From Bdellovibrio sp. (lineage in GTDB: Bacteria; Bdellovibrionota; Bdellovibrionia; Bdellovibrionales; Bdellovibrionaceae): a stretch of 64,000 bases of DNA. The stretch spans positions 160,001-224,000 of the forward strand of contig JAKFBS010000002.1 of the NCBI GenBank assembly GCA_036677065.1. Reading direction: 5' to 3'. A program made the position numbers and the translations under genes. The notes under the pieces are model-generated. The model searched no databases. It was not told the origin of the DNA and worked only from the letters and a program-made list of their open reading frames with translations. The number at the start of each line of letters is the position of its first letter. The first letter of the stretch is position 1. This document shows, piece after piece, positions 20,395 through 30,138 of this stretch.

Positions 20395-23106
20395 ATGTCA
20401 ACAGCATTAAAAACACAAGTTAAAAAAAGCGATTACTTATCTGAATTACGTTCGATGTATCATTCACTTGATACTGAAGAAAGATTCAAATCGATTCATC
20501 AATTAGCGCAAGAAAAAAATTCTGATTCCACGCGCGAATTGATTCATATTTTTAATGAATGCGGCTGGCGCGAAACCAAGTTTCAAATTTTAAAATCCAT
20601 CGTCGCAAATCCTGATCTGCGCTGTTTAGAGTTCTTATGTGCGCAAGCGCAACAGACTGAAGACATTCCGTTAGCCGAAGCAGCACTTCAAGCCCTAGGC
20701 GATACAAAAAGTATCTGGGCTGCAAGATTTTTATCTGAGTTTTATAAATTTGCCCCTGAGACATTAAAACCAGCCTGTGCACTGGCTTTAGGTAAATTAT
20801 CAGACCGAAGACTTTTGCCAGAATTTTTACATGATTTAGATAAAGCCTTTAAATTGCAGCAAACATTGTTAGTAAAACATTTAGTGCTAGCATTAGGTGA
20901 ATTAAAAGCTCAGGCGGCAATTCCTATGCTTGTAACTATTGCTAAGAATAAAAATTTTCGTGATGTGGCATTAAGTGCAGTAGTTAGTCTTGGAAAAATT
21001 GCTAAAGATACGAAAGTATTTAACGAGTTAGAACAATATTTTAAAAATGATTCTTTTGAATATCAGATTTTTCAGGCAGCAAAAAGCCAATGCCAATTTA
21101 GATCTGACTGGAAATTAGAAGATTATTTAAATAAAATCATTACCCAAGGCTCATTTCACCCTGCTTTGTTATTAGAGTTTAATTCGTTTCCGGTAGCTGA
21201 TGTCAAAGCAGCTCTTGATATGTTGGCAGAAGATGAATTAAGCCCAACGTTATTTCAGATCTTAGCTAAGATTGAGTTTCCAGAAGTTGTTGGTTGGTAC
21301 AAAGAATACAGTCACTTGGTGAATGAAAAGAACCAAGAAGAATTTTTATTAAGCTTAAGTTCGCATTCAAAAACAGACTTATTGCAAGTTTTAGAAAAGT
21401 ATTCAGATATTAAAAATAAATACTTTATCAAAGCGCATTTATTAAATTCGGCTAACCCTGAGCCAGAGCTTAAAAAATTCATTTTGTCTGACGATTTTAA
21501 AAATGTTTCAGAAACAGAACAGATTCAAATTTTAAATGATTTTTATTATTACTTATTAGCTTATAAGCCGAATGAAAAATTATATAACCAATGTTTAAAA
21601 ACTTTAGAAGGCTTTGCGATTGATGGCAAAAGCTTAAAGCCAAAAGCTTTAGGCCGTATGATTCGTCTGTTTGGTCAATTAGGGTATTCAAGTCCTAAAT
21701 TAAACCAATTTGTTTTCACTAAACACACTGATCAGCGTAAAAGCTGCTTAGTGTATTTCGAAGCCCAGGCGCAAAGCTATTTTTGGGCTGAAGCCGTACA
21801 GTCTCCGGTATTTACCAAAAATCCTGATTTTGAAGAAGATGACATCAATGCTGTTTTGAAAATTTTAATCAATGGTAAAGAAAATCCATTCGCTGAAAGT
21901 AAATGGACTGACTTTTTGAAAACTGCTGCTGCTGATAAATCTGAAAGCACACAAATCTGGTTTTTAAAACTGATCGCTCAGTTTAAGCCTGTGGCGTACA
22001 AAGAGCATTTATTAAAATTAGCTAAAAGCCAAAACTATATTGTGCAGTTTCATGTGATCATCGCTTTGAAAAGCTTTGGCGATGAAACGTTATCTGATCA
22101 AATCGCGGTATTTTTAAGTTCGAAATCAAAATCAATTTCTGGCCGCGCCCTAGATGCGATGTTAAGTTTACCGGGTAATCGCGCTAAGCGCTTAGTATTT
22201 GAGTATTTTAGTGAACATTACACAACACCTGGTGTGGTTGAAAAAATCGTTAGATCATTTAAACCACCAGAAAATGACACAGATTATTTTGCGGTTCAGT
22301 CAGCAAAGATCGTGGCTCACTTAGAGCAAAGTGAACCAGACTTTCAATCCTTGCCAATGCTGCGTGAATTTAAAGATCAATTGGCGGTTCATCAAAAAAG
22401 TTTTTCGAAGCTAAAATCAACACCAACTGATGCAGATATCTTAGCGATTGATTATGAAATCGAAAAAATGATTCCGTCTTATAAGCACTTTGATGAGGCT
22501 TCTAAAGCGGCATTACGTTCGGCTGAAGTCGTCTTTAAACATCCAGAGCTATTTGATGCCTTCGTGGATAAATCAAGTGTAGTGATGGGCTATAGTAAAG
22601 CGATTGATATCGTTTTAGAAAAACAATTAGGCCGTAAGATTTTATTTCCAAAATTAGAAGCAAAATTAAATGAATTTCAAAATGTGGTGCATTCATTAAC
22701 CTTAAACGAAGATTATCCGCAGGGCGAAAAAGTTTTAAAACTTTTACAGCTTGAAAAACATTTCAGTGTGCAATCATTACCAGTGCATAAAATGGGATTA
22801 GTTTCTCAGGGCATCATGAATTCTAAAATCATCAATGAACACTTTAAAATCTTAGACGGCTTACGTGCGTGGGCTGTTATGCTTTTAGTGTTTGCCAGAA
22901 AGTCTTCGGCTTTAACTAAGCCATTGATCTCGGTGGTTGATGATGAGCAAAGCTGTATCTTACTAGCGAAAAAACTAATGTGGCTTCAGGATGTTAGAAA
23001 TCCGATTGCTCACAGACAAACTGTGGTTGAACACAAAGATGTGGAACAGATCCGTGAAGAAGTGTTCCAGATTCTTAAGTTAATGAATAAATTATTATTT
23101 TACTAA
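20395..23106 (+). CDS. HEAT-repeat protein with possible C-terminal HEPN-like domain
   Basis: Repeated ALG/SLG helical hairpins; C-terminal YSKAIDIVLE and RNPIAH. Confidence 0.65.
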   Translation: MSTALKTQVKKSDYLSELRSMYHSLDTEERFKSIHQLAQEKNSDSTRELIHIFNECGWRETKFQILKSIVANPDLRCLEFLCAQAQQTEDIPLAEAALQALGDTKSIWAARFLSEFYKFAPETLKPACALALGKLSDRRLLPEFLHDLDKAFKLQQTLLVKHLVLALGELKAQAAIPMLVTIAKNKNFRDVALSAVVSLGKIAKDTKVFNELEQYFKNDSFEYQIFQAAKSQCQFRSDWKLEDYLNKIITQGSFHPALLLEFNSFPVADVKAALDMLAEDELSPTLFQILAKIEFPEVVGWYKEYSHLVNEKNQEEFLLSLSSHSKTDLLQVLEKYSDIKNKYFIKAHLLNSANPEPELKKFILSDDFKNVSETEQIQILNDFYYYLLAYKPNEKLYNQCLKTLEGFAIDGKSLKPKALGRMIRLFGQLGYSSPKLNQFVFTKHTDQRKSCLVYFEAQAQSYFWAEAVQSPVFTKNPDFEEDDINAVLKILINGKENPFAESKWTDFLKTAAADKSESTQIWFLKLIAQFKPVAYKEHLLKLAKSQNYIVQFHVIIALKSFGDETLSDQIAVFLSSKSKSISGRALDAMLSLPGNRAKRLVFEYFSEHYTTPGVVEKIVRSFKPPENDTDYFAVQSAKIVAHLEQSEPDFQSLPMLREFKDQLAVHQKSFSKLKSTPTDADILAIDYEIEKMIPSYKHFDEASKAALRSAEVVFKHPELFDAFVDKSSVVMGYSKAIDIVLEKQLGRKILFPKLEAKLNEFQNVVHSLTLNEDYPQGEKVLKLLQLEKHFSVQSLPVHKMGLVSQGIMNSKIINEHFKILDGLRAWAVMLLVFARKSSALTKPLISVVDDEQSCILLAKKLMWLQDVRNPIAHRQTVVEHKDVEQIREEVFQILKLMNKLLFY

Positions 23107-24428
23107 TCAGCTAAAATGTAAGGGCGAAGAGTTTCAGCGCTGCCATCAAATGAAACATTCGTCGTTACGCCTAAGATCTCCATAACAAACGGGTAGATAT
23201 CAGTATTGCTAAACTCAGGGATACTTGCTCGGCGTTTAGTGATATGGCTTCCGGCTGCGATAAACAGGGCGTGCATTGATTTGTTAGTTGTTGGCCAGCC
23301 ATGTGAACCACCGCCTACGCGATATGGTTTTTCTGGATTAAAATTACGGTCAGTCATGTAATGACCCGCTTCAGAGACGACGAAGATATCACCTACGCGG
23401 TCAGTGTTTGTTAAGTGGTATTCGGTCGGAATATCGGCGCGAAGGTACACTTTGTAGTTATTTTCTTTAGCTTTTAAATCCTGGTAAGTTTTAGCAATGC
23501 GGGCTTCGTCGTCATGGTAAAGCATAACGGCAGCACCTTTATCGCTCCATTTAAAGCCTGATAAGTTAGCCTTGTCGCCTAAGAAAATAATTTTATCTTG
23601 ATAGTTCGTTTGCATACCGTGATCTGAAACAAGCACTAGGTTGATCGGTAAATCAGAGGCGCGAATAAAATCCCATAAGCGCCCAATTTCGCGATCGACT
23701 TCTAAGACGGCGTCTTTAACTTCTTTTGAATCTGGGCCATTGGCATGCCCGGCAGAATCGACAATTGAAAAGTATGAATTGATGTAATGCGGGCGTTTTT
23801 CAGCAGGTAATTTTAACCATTCCATCACCACATCAACTCGTTGAGCTGATGTCACTTTACTGCTGTAAGGTGCATAGCAAGTCGGATCTTGGCCGTTCAC
23901 ATGAACTTCGTTAGCCACCCATTGGTTCGTGTGTGCGATCATTCCGCTTTTTTCTACGACATTCCAGATCGGTTCACCTTGATACCAAGTTGCATCTGAA
24001 GATGTGTCGCCGAAAGCATTGTAAGTTTCTTTTCTTTTTTCGTCGTAAAAGTAATTACTTAAAATACCGTGGTTAGTTGGTAGGCGACCAGTCACTAAAG
24101 TGTAATGGTTCGGAAAGGTGTGAGTAGGGTAACTTGGAAGCATACCCCGAGAATAAATACCTTCTTTGGCGATTTTTTTCAAATTCGGAGGATTGATTTT
24201 TTGCATGTAATCAGCGCGAAAGCCATCAATTGAAATCATGATCACGATCGGGCGGTCTAACATGGTTAAAGAATTTTTGTTATCAGCACAAGTTAAGTTA
24301 AGTGAAGCTTCGCGAAGTCGAACGGCTTCTTCAGGTTTTGGAGTTTCGCTCTTATTGCAGGCGATTAAAGAAACTGTTAAAGTGAAAATTAATGAAACGG
24401 CACTCGTCGCGCGTGTGAATGTTTTCAT
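23103..24428 (-). CDS. Ectonucleotide pyrophosphatase/phosphodiesterase (alkaline phosphatase superfamily) lipoprotein
   Basis: ISIDGFR, THTFPNH, DSAGH, SDHG; LIAC lipobox. Confidence 0.92.
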   Translation of the reverse strand: MKTFTRATSAVSLIFTLTVSLIACNKSETPKPEEAVRLREASLNLTCADNKNSLTMLDRPIVIMISIDGFRADYMQKINPPNLKKIAKEGIYSRGMLPSYPTHTFPNHYTLVTGRLPTNHGILSNYFYDEKRKETYNAFGDTSSDATWYQGEPIWNVVEKSGMIAHTNQWVANEVHVNGQDPTCYAPYSSKVTSAQRVDVVMEWLKLPAEKRPHYINSYFSIVDSAGHANGPDSKEVKDAVLEVDREIGRLWDFIRASDLPINLVLVSDHGMQTNYQDKIIFLGDKANLSGFKWSDKGAAVMLYHDDEARIAKTYQDLKAKENNYKVYLRADIPTEYHLTNTDRVGDIFVVSEAGHYMTDRNFNPEKPYRVGGGSHGWPTTNKSMHALFIAAGSHITKRRASIPEFSNTDIYPFVMEILGVTTNVSFDGSAETLRPYILAD

Positions 24429-24543
24429 AATCTAACTCCCCTCAAAGCTAAAATATTAACCAAATCTAGGCTCATCTAAACCTAGATCTTGGTCTGCATC
24501 AAGAGTAATGGGATGCGTTAAATTATTGTGTTAACGTTAGTAA

Positions 24544-25791
24544 CTAGTACGGTTGTCTTTGTTCAGAATTTCCTAAATCCATTGCCATAGTTAGCGCAAT
24601 TTTAGAAAAAAGTTTAGCATGCTCAAAACTCATCACCGGGCTAATAACATCCTGTGGAGTATGGATACTTTTGAAAGAAGAGTCGAATTTAGACTCTGTC
24701 GGAAACAAAGTCGGGAAGCCTTGGCGGTGCCATGAAGCATGGTCACTGCAGCCATAACCACATTGGTCTTCTTGAACAGTTGCGTGAAAGTAAGTGTTAT
24801 TCGCAGCCACTAAATAGTCACGTAACCAACGACTGGTGAAATCAGTCATGCTGGCAATTTTTAAAACTCCGTCGCCAGGAAACATCGTCATATCTAATTG
24901 AAGAACAGCGATGATATCTTTTTGCTGAGCTTTGGCTTCTTTTGCGATTTCAGCAGAACCAAGTAAGCCAGACTCTTCGCCGGCGTACCAGTAAAATTCG
25001 ATCGTTCTTTCAGGTTGCGGTTGTAAAGTTAAAACACGTAAGGCTTCAACTAAAGCTGAAGAACCAGAAGCATTATCATCAGCACCCGGAGCTTTTGAGC
25101 CCATACCCATAAATCCAGAAATTGAATCTAAGTGACCACCTAGAACAATAATCTCTGACGGGCGAGTAGAGCCTTGGATAGTCAGCTTAATTGATTTTTG
25201 TGGCGTTGATTTGTGACTAACCGTTTCGATATTGATTGGGTAGTTAGCTTGTTTTGCGATCTCGGCTAAGCGATCCATAAATGGATTGATGTGGTTATTC
25301 GGGTTTGAACCTTTATTATAACGTGTCGGAAAAGCAGATAAGAATTCAACCGTATTGCGAATTTTATCACCGCTTAACTGTTCTAAAGCTTCAGAGATTT
25401 CGGTGCGTGCTTGTAAGTCTTCAACTTGAGAGAACGATAAAACTTGGTTTCTTTTGTGATATGTATTTAAAGCTTCAAGCTGTTCGCGCACCGAAGCTAG
25501 ATCGCGAGGTATTTCATCTAAGGCTTCGAAGTTTCCGCAACGGCCGTTAGCATGAGCTAGTTCTGAAAGTTTACCTTCAGACGCTGAATTCAACACCGCG
25601 TAACCAACTCCAGTTTCTTCATCTTTATAAAGCACCGGAATGTTAGCAGCTTGTAATAGCTTAAGATCCGCTAATACAGGCTTAAATACAAGAGGGTCGC
25701 CGTGTTGGCCGTGGGCATTTAAGATCGGAGTTGAGTTGAAAATTGTAAGAGTGATAAGTGATGTGGCAATTAGGCGAGTGGTATTTTGCAT
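24544..25791 (-). CDS. Secreted M28 leucyl aminopeptidase
   Basis: GGHLDS, GADDNASG, AGEESGLLGS, QLDM, CGYGCSDHASW. Confidence 0.93.
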   Translation of the reverse strand: MQNTTRLIATSLITLTIFNSTPILNAHGQHGDPLVFKPVLADLKLLQAANIPVLYKDEETGVGYAVLNSASEGKLSELAHANGRCGNFEALDEIPRDLASVREQLEALNTYHKRNQVLSFSQVEDLQARTEISEALEQLSGDKIRNTVEFLSAFPTRYNKGSNPNNHINPFMDRLAEIAKQANYPINIETVSHKSTPQKSIKLTIQGSTRPSEIIVLGGHLDSISGFMGMGSKAPGADDNASGSSALVEALRVLTLQPQPERTIEFYWYAGEESGLLGSAEIAKEAKAQQKDIIAVLQLDMTMFPGDGVLKIASMTDFTSRWLRDYLVAANNTYFHATVQEDQCGYGCSDHASWHRQGFPTLFPTESKFDSSFKSIHTPQDVISPVMSFEHAKLFSKIALTMAMDLGNSEQRQPY

Positions 25792-25881
25792 AGATAAATA
25801 TTAGCTGCGATAATTTCACGAAGCAGCATTTTCACTCTTGAATCTTGCAATTCTAGACTAAAGATAGTGAGCGTAAAAACA

Positions 25882-25897
25882 TGGCACGGTGATTGTA
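25882..25897 (+). promoter_or_regulatory. Sigma54-type promoter
   Basis: TGGCACGGTGATTGTA; the -12 element is GT rather than GC. Confidence 0.55.
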
Positions 25898-25943
25898 ATA
25901 CCTTATGTGAGCGCCTTTCAAAGGGCGTTTATTTGGAGGACGT

Positions 25944-26387
25944 ATGACGAAGTTTCTGACAGTGATGACTATTTTTGGTCTTTTCGCGTTTAAAAGCTAT
26001 GGGTTGAATATAGATGATTTAAAAAATCTAGCTGAAGCGATTGCTCAATTCAAACAATCGGTGCAAACGATGGAAGCCGTGTATGACAAGGGTGTGATTA
26101 AAGCTGATCTGGTAGCGCTTAAAAAAATCAACTCAAATACCGCTGCAGTTTTAAAGTATTGCCAAGTGATCGAAACGAAATTTCAGGCAAAAGCTCCAGA
26201 AGTTTTGGCGCGTAAACAAGAAGCTAGAAACCGTGCTATTGAAAAATCTGAAAGTTTATTAGATGCTTCAGATGCAGATCTGCGCGCAGCCCAAGTTGAT
26301 TTCGTTCGTAGTTTAGAGACAGCTAAATACTGCTTGGGCTTAACAAGTCAAATGGCAGCATCGATTCGCGCCTCGATATCTCAATAA
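25944..26387 (+). CDS. Secreted helical hypothetical protein
   Basis: GGAGG RBS, signal peptide, two Cys. Confidence 0.7.
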   Translation: MTKFLTVMTIFGLFAFKSYGLNIDDLKNLAEAIAQFKQSVQTMEAVYDKGVIKADLVALKKINSNTAAVLKYCQVIETKFQAKAPEVLARKQEARNRAIEKSESLLDASDADLRAAQVDFVRSLETAKYCLGLTSQMAASIRASISQ

Positions 26388-26404
26388 CTTCAGCTGTTTG
26401 TAGC

Positions 26405-28009
26405 TTAAAGTTGAATTGATTTTACGACTTTAAATTTACTATCGTACTTACGCACTTCGGGTGTTTGTAGTTCTACAGACACCTTTATAGTTTTTGCGGC
26501 TGCAAAAGCAGCGCGTGAAACTTCAAACTGATTAAATAAAGCAGAAATTTCAGAACCGTCGGCATTGAACCAGCGCACGCTTAAGCCAGACAGATTAGGA
26601 GTTTCTACTTTAACTGTACTTGAAGTTTTAACAACCGCATCAATAAGTGAAACGCGATTTAGAAACTTGTGCCACATGTTTTCTTGGTCAACGGCGCAGA
26701 AATGTTTAAGAGTCATATTGCGCATCAAACAGCCGTCGTGTGTTGGGCGGTACGTTTTACCACTAAAATCACCATAAGTTGCAAACGCCGCCGTTACATT
26801 TTTTTCAAAGTTAAAACCTTGCGGATAAGAGTAAATGTAAGCGGTCGCTAACATATTGTCGCCATCAGCAATATTTTCTTTAATTTCTAAAGTATTATTA
26901 CCTACTTGTGTTTGAAGGTTATCAAGCACGAAGAAGTTTCTATCGTTATGATAAGGCCCACCTAAGTTAAGTTTTTGGCCGTTCACATAAACATAGACAT
27001 CATCAGGGCTAGACCAACCAACCACACTTAATTCTAAACCTAGGGTTTCGCCAGCTTGGGTTTTAAAAGTCGTTTTGTAAGGCTTGTTTTTTAAATTTTG
27101 CCAAACGTAGTTACCGCTTAAAAGTTTAGCGTCGTAAGAATTTTTATCATCGCGCCATTGAGACCATTGCGAAGCTTTAGCATCAGATGAAGAATTGGCT
27201 CCAGAATAGACAGACCCACCATCATACTCTTCGCCAACTTCGCCAAAGTTGTGACCAAGTTCGTGATTTAATACAACCATCCCACTTCTGATTGAGCTTG
27301 TTGAGATCGCATAACGACCACCAAGACCCCCATAATATTCATCGTTGGCAATCACGATCGGGTAATCGGTGCGATCAACCATATCAAGTGCGTTTTCTAA
27401 AGCGCGCTCGTCGCCTGGATAAATTGCGCGTTTTGAACCTTTGGGCATACGGTATAAGCCGAAAGCTGTATCTTTTGATTCGCCATCGCCAATACCTGAA
27501 GCATTTGATGGAACAAAAACTGCGTGAACTTGAAATAAAGACAAGTAGCTTGCAAACGTTGAAGTGCCAAAAAGATTTTTAGTCGTTCTTTCAGCATCAG
27601 CGAAAAACTTCTCTTTATCTTTTAAAGTGTAGCCATCGCCTAAAATAGTTAAGTGAATGCGATTGGCGGCCGGGCCTTCTGTAACTAGTTCGCGGACTTC
27701 AGCGTTGGCAATGTTTACTTTAACTTTTCTTTGTAAAGCTTTGTAAAATGCCAATTCAGATTCAGTCAGTGAATTTTTAATTTCCTCTATATATATAGTG
27801 TTGGTATCACTACCTGGCCCTTCAACAATATAATAAGGAAGTTTTCTTAAGACTTTTTCTGGTTGATCTGAAACTTCTGAAACATTTAAAATTTCTGAGG
27901 AACGATTTTTTGAAGAAACTTTTTTCTGTACACGAAAACTTTCGGCAGAACTAAGTGATGAAATTAAAAGCGCAGTTGTGAAAATAAAAGTGATCGAAGA
28001 GTTTTTCAT
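26405..28009 (-). CDS. Secreted M64-family metallopeptidase
   Basis: GPAANRIHLTILGDGYT, YYGGLGG, HELGH, GEEY, CLMR...FCAVDQE. Confidence 0.88.
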   Translation of the reverse strand: MKNSSITFIFTTALLISSLSSAESFRVQKKVSSKNRSSEILNVSEVSDQPEKVLRKLPYYIVEGPGSDTNTIYIEEIKNSLTESELAFYKALQRKVKVNIANAEVRELVTEGPAANRIHLTILGDGYTLKDKEKFFADAERTTKNLFGTSTFASYLSLFQVHAVFVPSNASGIGDGESKDTAFGLYRMPKGSKRAIYPGDERALENALDMVDRTDYPIVIANDEYYGGLGGRYAISTSSIRSGMVVLNHELGHNFGEVGEEYDGGSVYSGANSSSDAKASQWSQWRDDKNSYDAKLLSGNYVWQNLKNKPYKTTFKTQAGETLGLELSVVGWSSPDDVYVYVNGQKLNLGGPYHNDRNFFVLDNLQTQVGNNTLEIKENIADGDNMLATAYIYSYPQGFNFEKNVTAAFATYGDFSGKTYRPTHDGCLMRNMTLKHFCAVDQENMWHKFLNRVSLIDAVVKTSSTVKVETPNLSGLSVRWFNADGSEISALFNQFEVSRAAFAAAKTIKVSVELQTPEVRKYDSKFKVVKSIQL

Positions 28010-28181
28010 GGTCTTATCAGATCAAGCTTTTTATCGGTGGTCATGTTTTTTGCGTTAGATTTGCAAATAGCGCACATGCGGCATTCGGGCATTTTACCCG
28101 AACGGGTAATTTTGATCGGCGTTTTTGCCACGAAAAATTTGCAAATGACAATTTTTCATCGTGCCAGTGCGTTTTTATGTA

Positions 28182-28197
28182 TGGCACTTATGTTGCT
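28182..28197 (+). promoter_or_regulatory. Sigma54 promoter of the DQDK lipoprotein gene
   Basis: TGGCACTTATGTTGCT, near-consensus GG-N10-GC. Confidence 0.75.
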
Positions 28198-28237
28198 CAA
28201 ACACTCTTAAAACAAAACATCCTAATGGAGGGATTTT

Positions 28238-29251
28238 ATGAATAAGAGTTATGCGCGTTACTTAAAACTAGTTTCTTTATCATCACTTTGCGTAGCATTC
28301 GTTGCTTGTAGTGGTAGCGGTTCAGGTGGATCTTCTCCTGCAGCAGCACCCGTAGAAGCAGCATCATCAGAAATGGTGGCTTCAGGAAATACTCTGCGTA
28401 TTTCTAAAGTGGCTGATTATCACTTAGCTGCGGGCGGCGAATTAGCCGGAACTCCAGCTGCTAAATTAGCAGAAATTTTAGCGAAACACCCAGCATTAGC
28501 TGAGCGTGCGAATCTATTAGGAACGGTAAATAGAGTTGTTGAAACTGATAAAGGCACTTGGGATCTATATGCCGGTGAACAAATCGTAATGACACTTTCT
28601 TCTGCTGACCGTAAAGCATTAAATATCGTAAGAACACGTTCTGCGTTTACTGCTGATGGTATCACTTTATTATCTTCAAATGTAGAAGTTAAACGTTCTG
28701 AAGCAATTCGCTTCGCAATGTCTGATTGTTCTGCAAATGCTGTAGAGCCTGGACAAGGTCAAGACCAAGATAAAGACCAAGATAAAGACCAAGATAAAGA
28801 TCAAGATAAAGATCAAGACAAAGACCAAGATAAAGATCAAGATAAAGACCAAGATAAAGATCAAGATAAAGACCAAGATAAAGATCAAGACAAAGATCAA
28901 GACAAAGATCAAGATAAAGACCAAGATAAAGATCAAGATAAAGACCAAGATAAAGACCAAATGGCCCAAAATTGTGTCTCTGTTGAAGCAACTCTTCTGT
29001 TAGAGCAGGAGCCTGGACAAGGTCAAGATCAAGACAAAGACCAAGACAAAGACCAAGACAAAGACCAAGATAAAGATCAAGACAAAGACCAAGATAAAGA
29101 CCAAGACAAAGACCAAGATAAAGACCAAGATAAAGACCAAGACAAAGACCAAGATAAAGATCAAGACAAAGACCAAGATAAAGATCAAGACAAAGACCAA
29201 GACAAAGACCAAGATGGAAATGGCCAAACGCCAACTCCAGTGGCTCCGTAA
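28238..29251 (+). CDS. Lipoprotein with two (DQDK)n low-complexity tracts
   Basis: GGAGG RBS, FVAC lipobox, repeats in frame, terminator downstream. Confidence 0.85.
   Translation: MNKSYARYLKLVSLSSLCVAFVACSGSGSGGSSPAAAPVEAASSEMVASGNTLRISKVADYHLAAGGELAGTPAAKLAEILAKHPALAERANLLGTVNRVVETDKGTWDLYAGEQIVMTLSSADRKALNIVRTRSAFTADGITLLSSNVEVKRSEAIRFAMSDCSANAVEPGQGQDQDKDQDKDQDKDQDKDQDKDQDKDQDKDQDKDQDKDQDKDQDKDQDKDQDKDQDKDQDKDQDKDQMAQNCVSVEATLLLEQEPGQGQDQDKDQDKDQDKDQDKDQDKDQDKDQDKDQDKDQDKDQDKDQDKDQDKDQDKDQDKDQDKDQDGNGQTPTPVAP
28763..28960 (+). repeat. 12-bp coding tandem repeat GAYCAAGAYAAA, ~16.5 units
   Basis: Read directly; preceded by GAGCCTGGACAAGGTCAA. Confidence 0.95.
29027..29215 (+). repeat. 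12-bp coding tandem repeat GAYCAAGAYAAA, ~15.75 units
   Basis: Read directly; preceded by the identical 18-mer GAGCCTGGACAAGGTCAA. Confidence 0.95.
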
Positions 29252-29283
29252 TTGATCGAAATCAAATTCGAAAAAGTCTAAGG

Positions 29284-29315
29284 GTGGGTAGCGGTAAAAC
29301 GCTGCCCACTTTTTT
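29284..29315 (+). terminator. Intrinsic terminator
   Basis: GTGGGTAGCG-GTAAAA-CGCTGCCCAC followed by a T tract. Confidence 0.85.
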
Positions 29316-29331
29316 AAGATGAGGGGATGTT

Positions 29332-30138
29332 ATGAAATGGTTACTTGTGTTTCTGCCTTTAACGTTAATTGCCTGTAAACCGAAAACAGAGGCCATCATT
29401 GAAGAGCCAGTAATGCCATCTGCAATTGCTCTGTCTGATGTATCTTTTGGAAAATGTTTAAATTTAGAAAAACTATCGCGGGTGTTTCAAAACCCAGATT
29501 TTAAAGTGCCAGCTGCACTTATGACAACAGATTTAAAACCTCTAGGTGAAATGCCGCAGGCGAAAAAAACTTTTTTTTCTTACGCTACTTTTAATTATAA
29601 AGTGAACAGCGCTAACGAGCTGGGGTTATTTAATCAAGTGCGCCAGAAAGATTGTAAGACCGTTCAGATGTTATCAGCTTCTGAAGAAGTTTTGACTTAC
29701 AAGGTGACAGCTTCAAATGAAGCCGAAATTACAATCAAGTTAGTTGATAAATTTCGCGATAACATGACTACGGCCCACAAAAAAGCCTTAATAGATCGTC
29801 AGCAGCCATTCGAATACACGTTTCGTTATTTAACACCAAATCATATGTTGATCAGTGAAAAATACACGACTGTGGATCCTCTGTGTACGTCAAAAAATCC
29901 GCTTACATTTGAAATCCATAAAGATTTAGCTTGGGCCGGTCGTTATTCAGATTTGCCGCAAAGTTATCAAATCGAAACTCAATATTTAAATCTTGTGAAA
30001 GAATCCCTGATACCTGAAGCTCAAGGATTAATTCCAGCAACAGAAACAGCAGAAACTTCAGAAAGTTTTTCTGTAGACTCGATCCGTACGGTGATGCGTT
30101 CATCTTTAAAAGACGAGCTTAAGCTGTGCAGCCAATAA
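29332..30138 (+). CDS. Hypothetical lipoprotein
   Basis: LIAC lipobox, GAGGGG RBS. Confidence 0.75.
   Translation: MKWLLVFLPLTLIACKPKTEAIIEEPVMPSAIALSDVSFGKCLNLEKLSRVFQNPDFKVPAALMTTDLKPLGEMPQAKKTFFSYATFNYKVNSANELGLFNQVRQKDCKTVQMLSASEEVLTYKVTASNEAEITIKLVDKFRDNMTTAHKKALIDRQQPFEYTFRYLTPNHMLISEKYTTVDPLCTSKNPLTFEIHKDLAWAGRYSDLPQSYQIETQYLNLVKESLIPEAQGLIPATETAETSESFSVDSIRTVMRSSLKDELKLCSQ

Noticed and set aside
28763..29215. Possible CRISPR array
   Set aside because: Contiguous 12-bp units with no unique spacers, in frame within a gene; no cas genes.
28676..29234. Minus-strand ORFs rich in ILVF or LGLY/LDLC
   Set aside because: Stop-free shadows of the 12-bp repeat; the plus frame has the RBS, lipobox, promoter and terminator.
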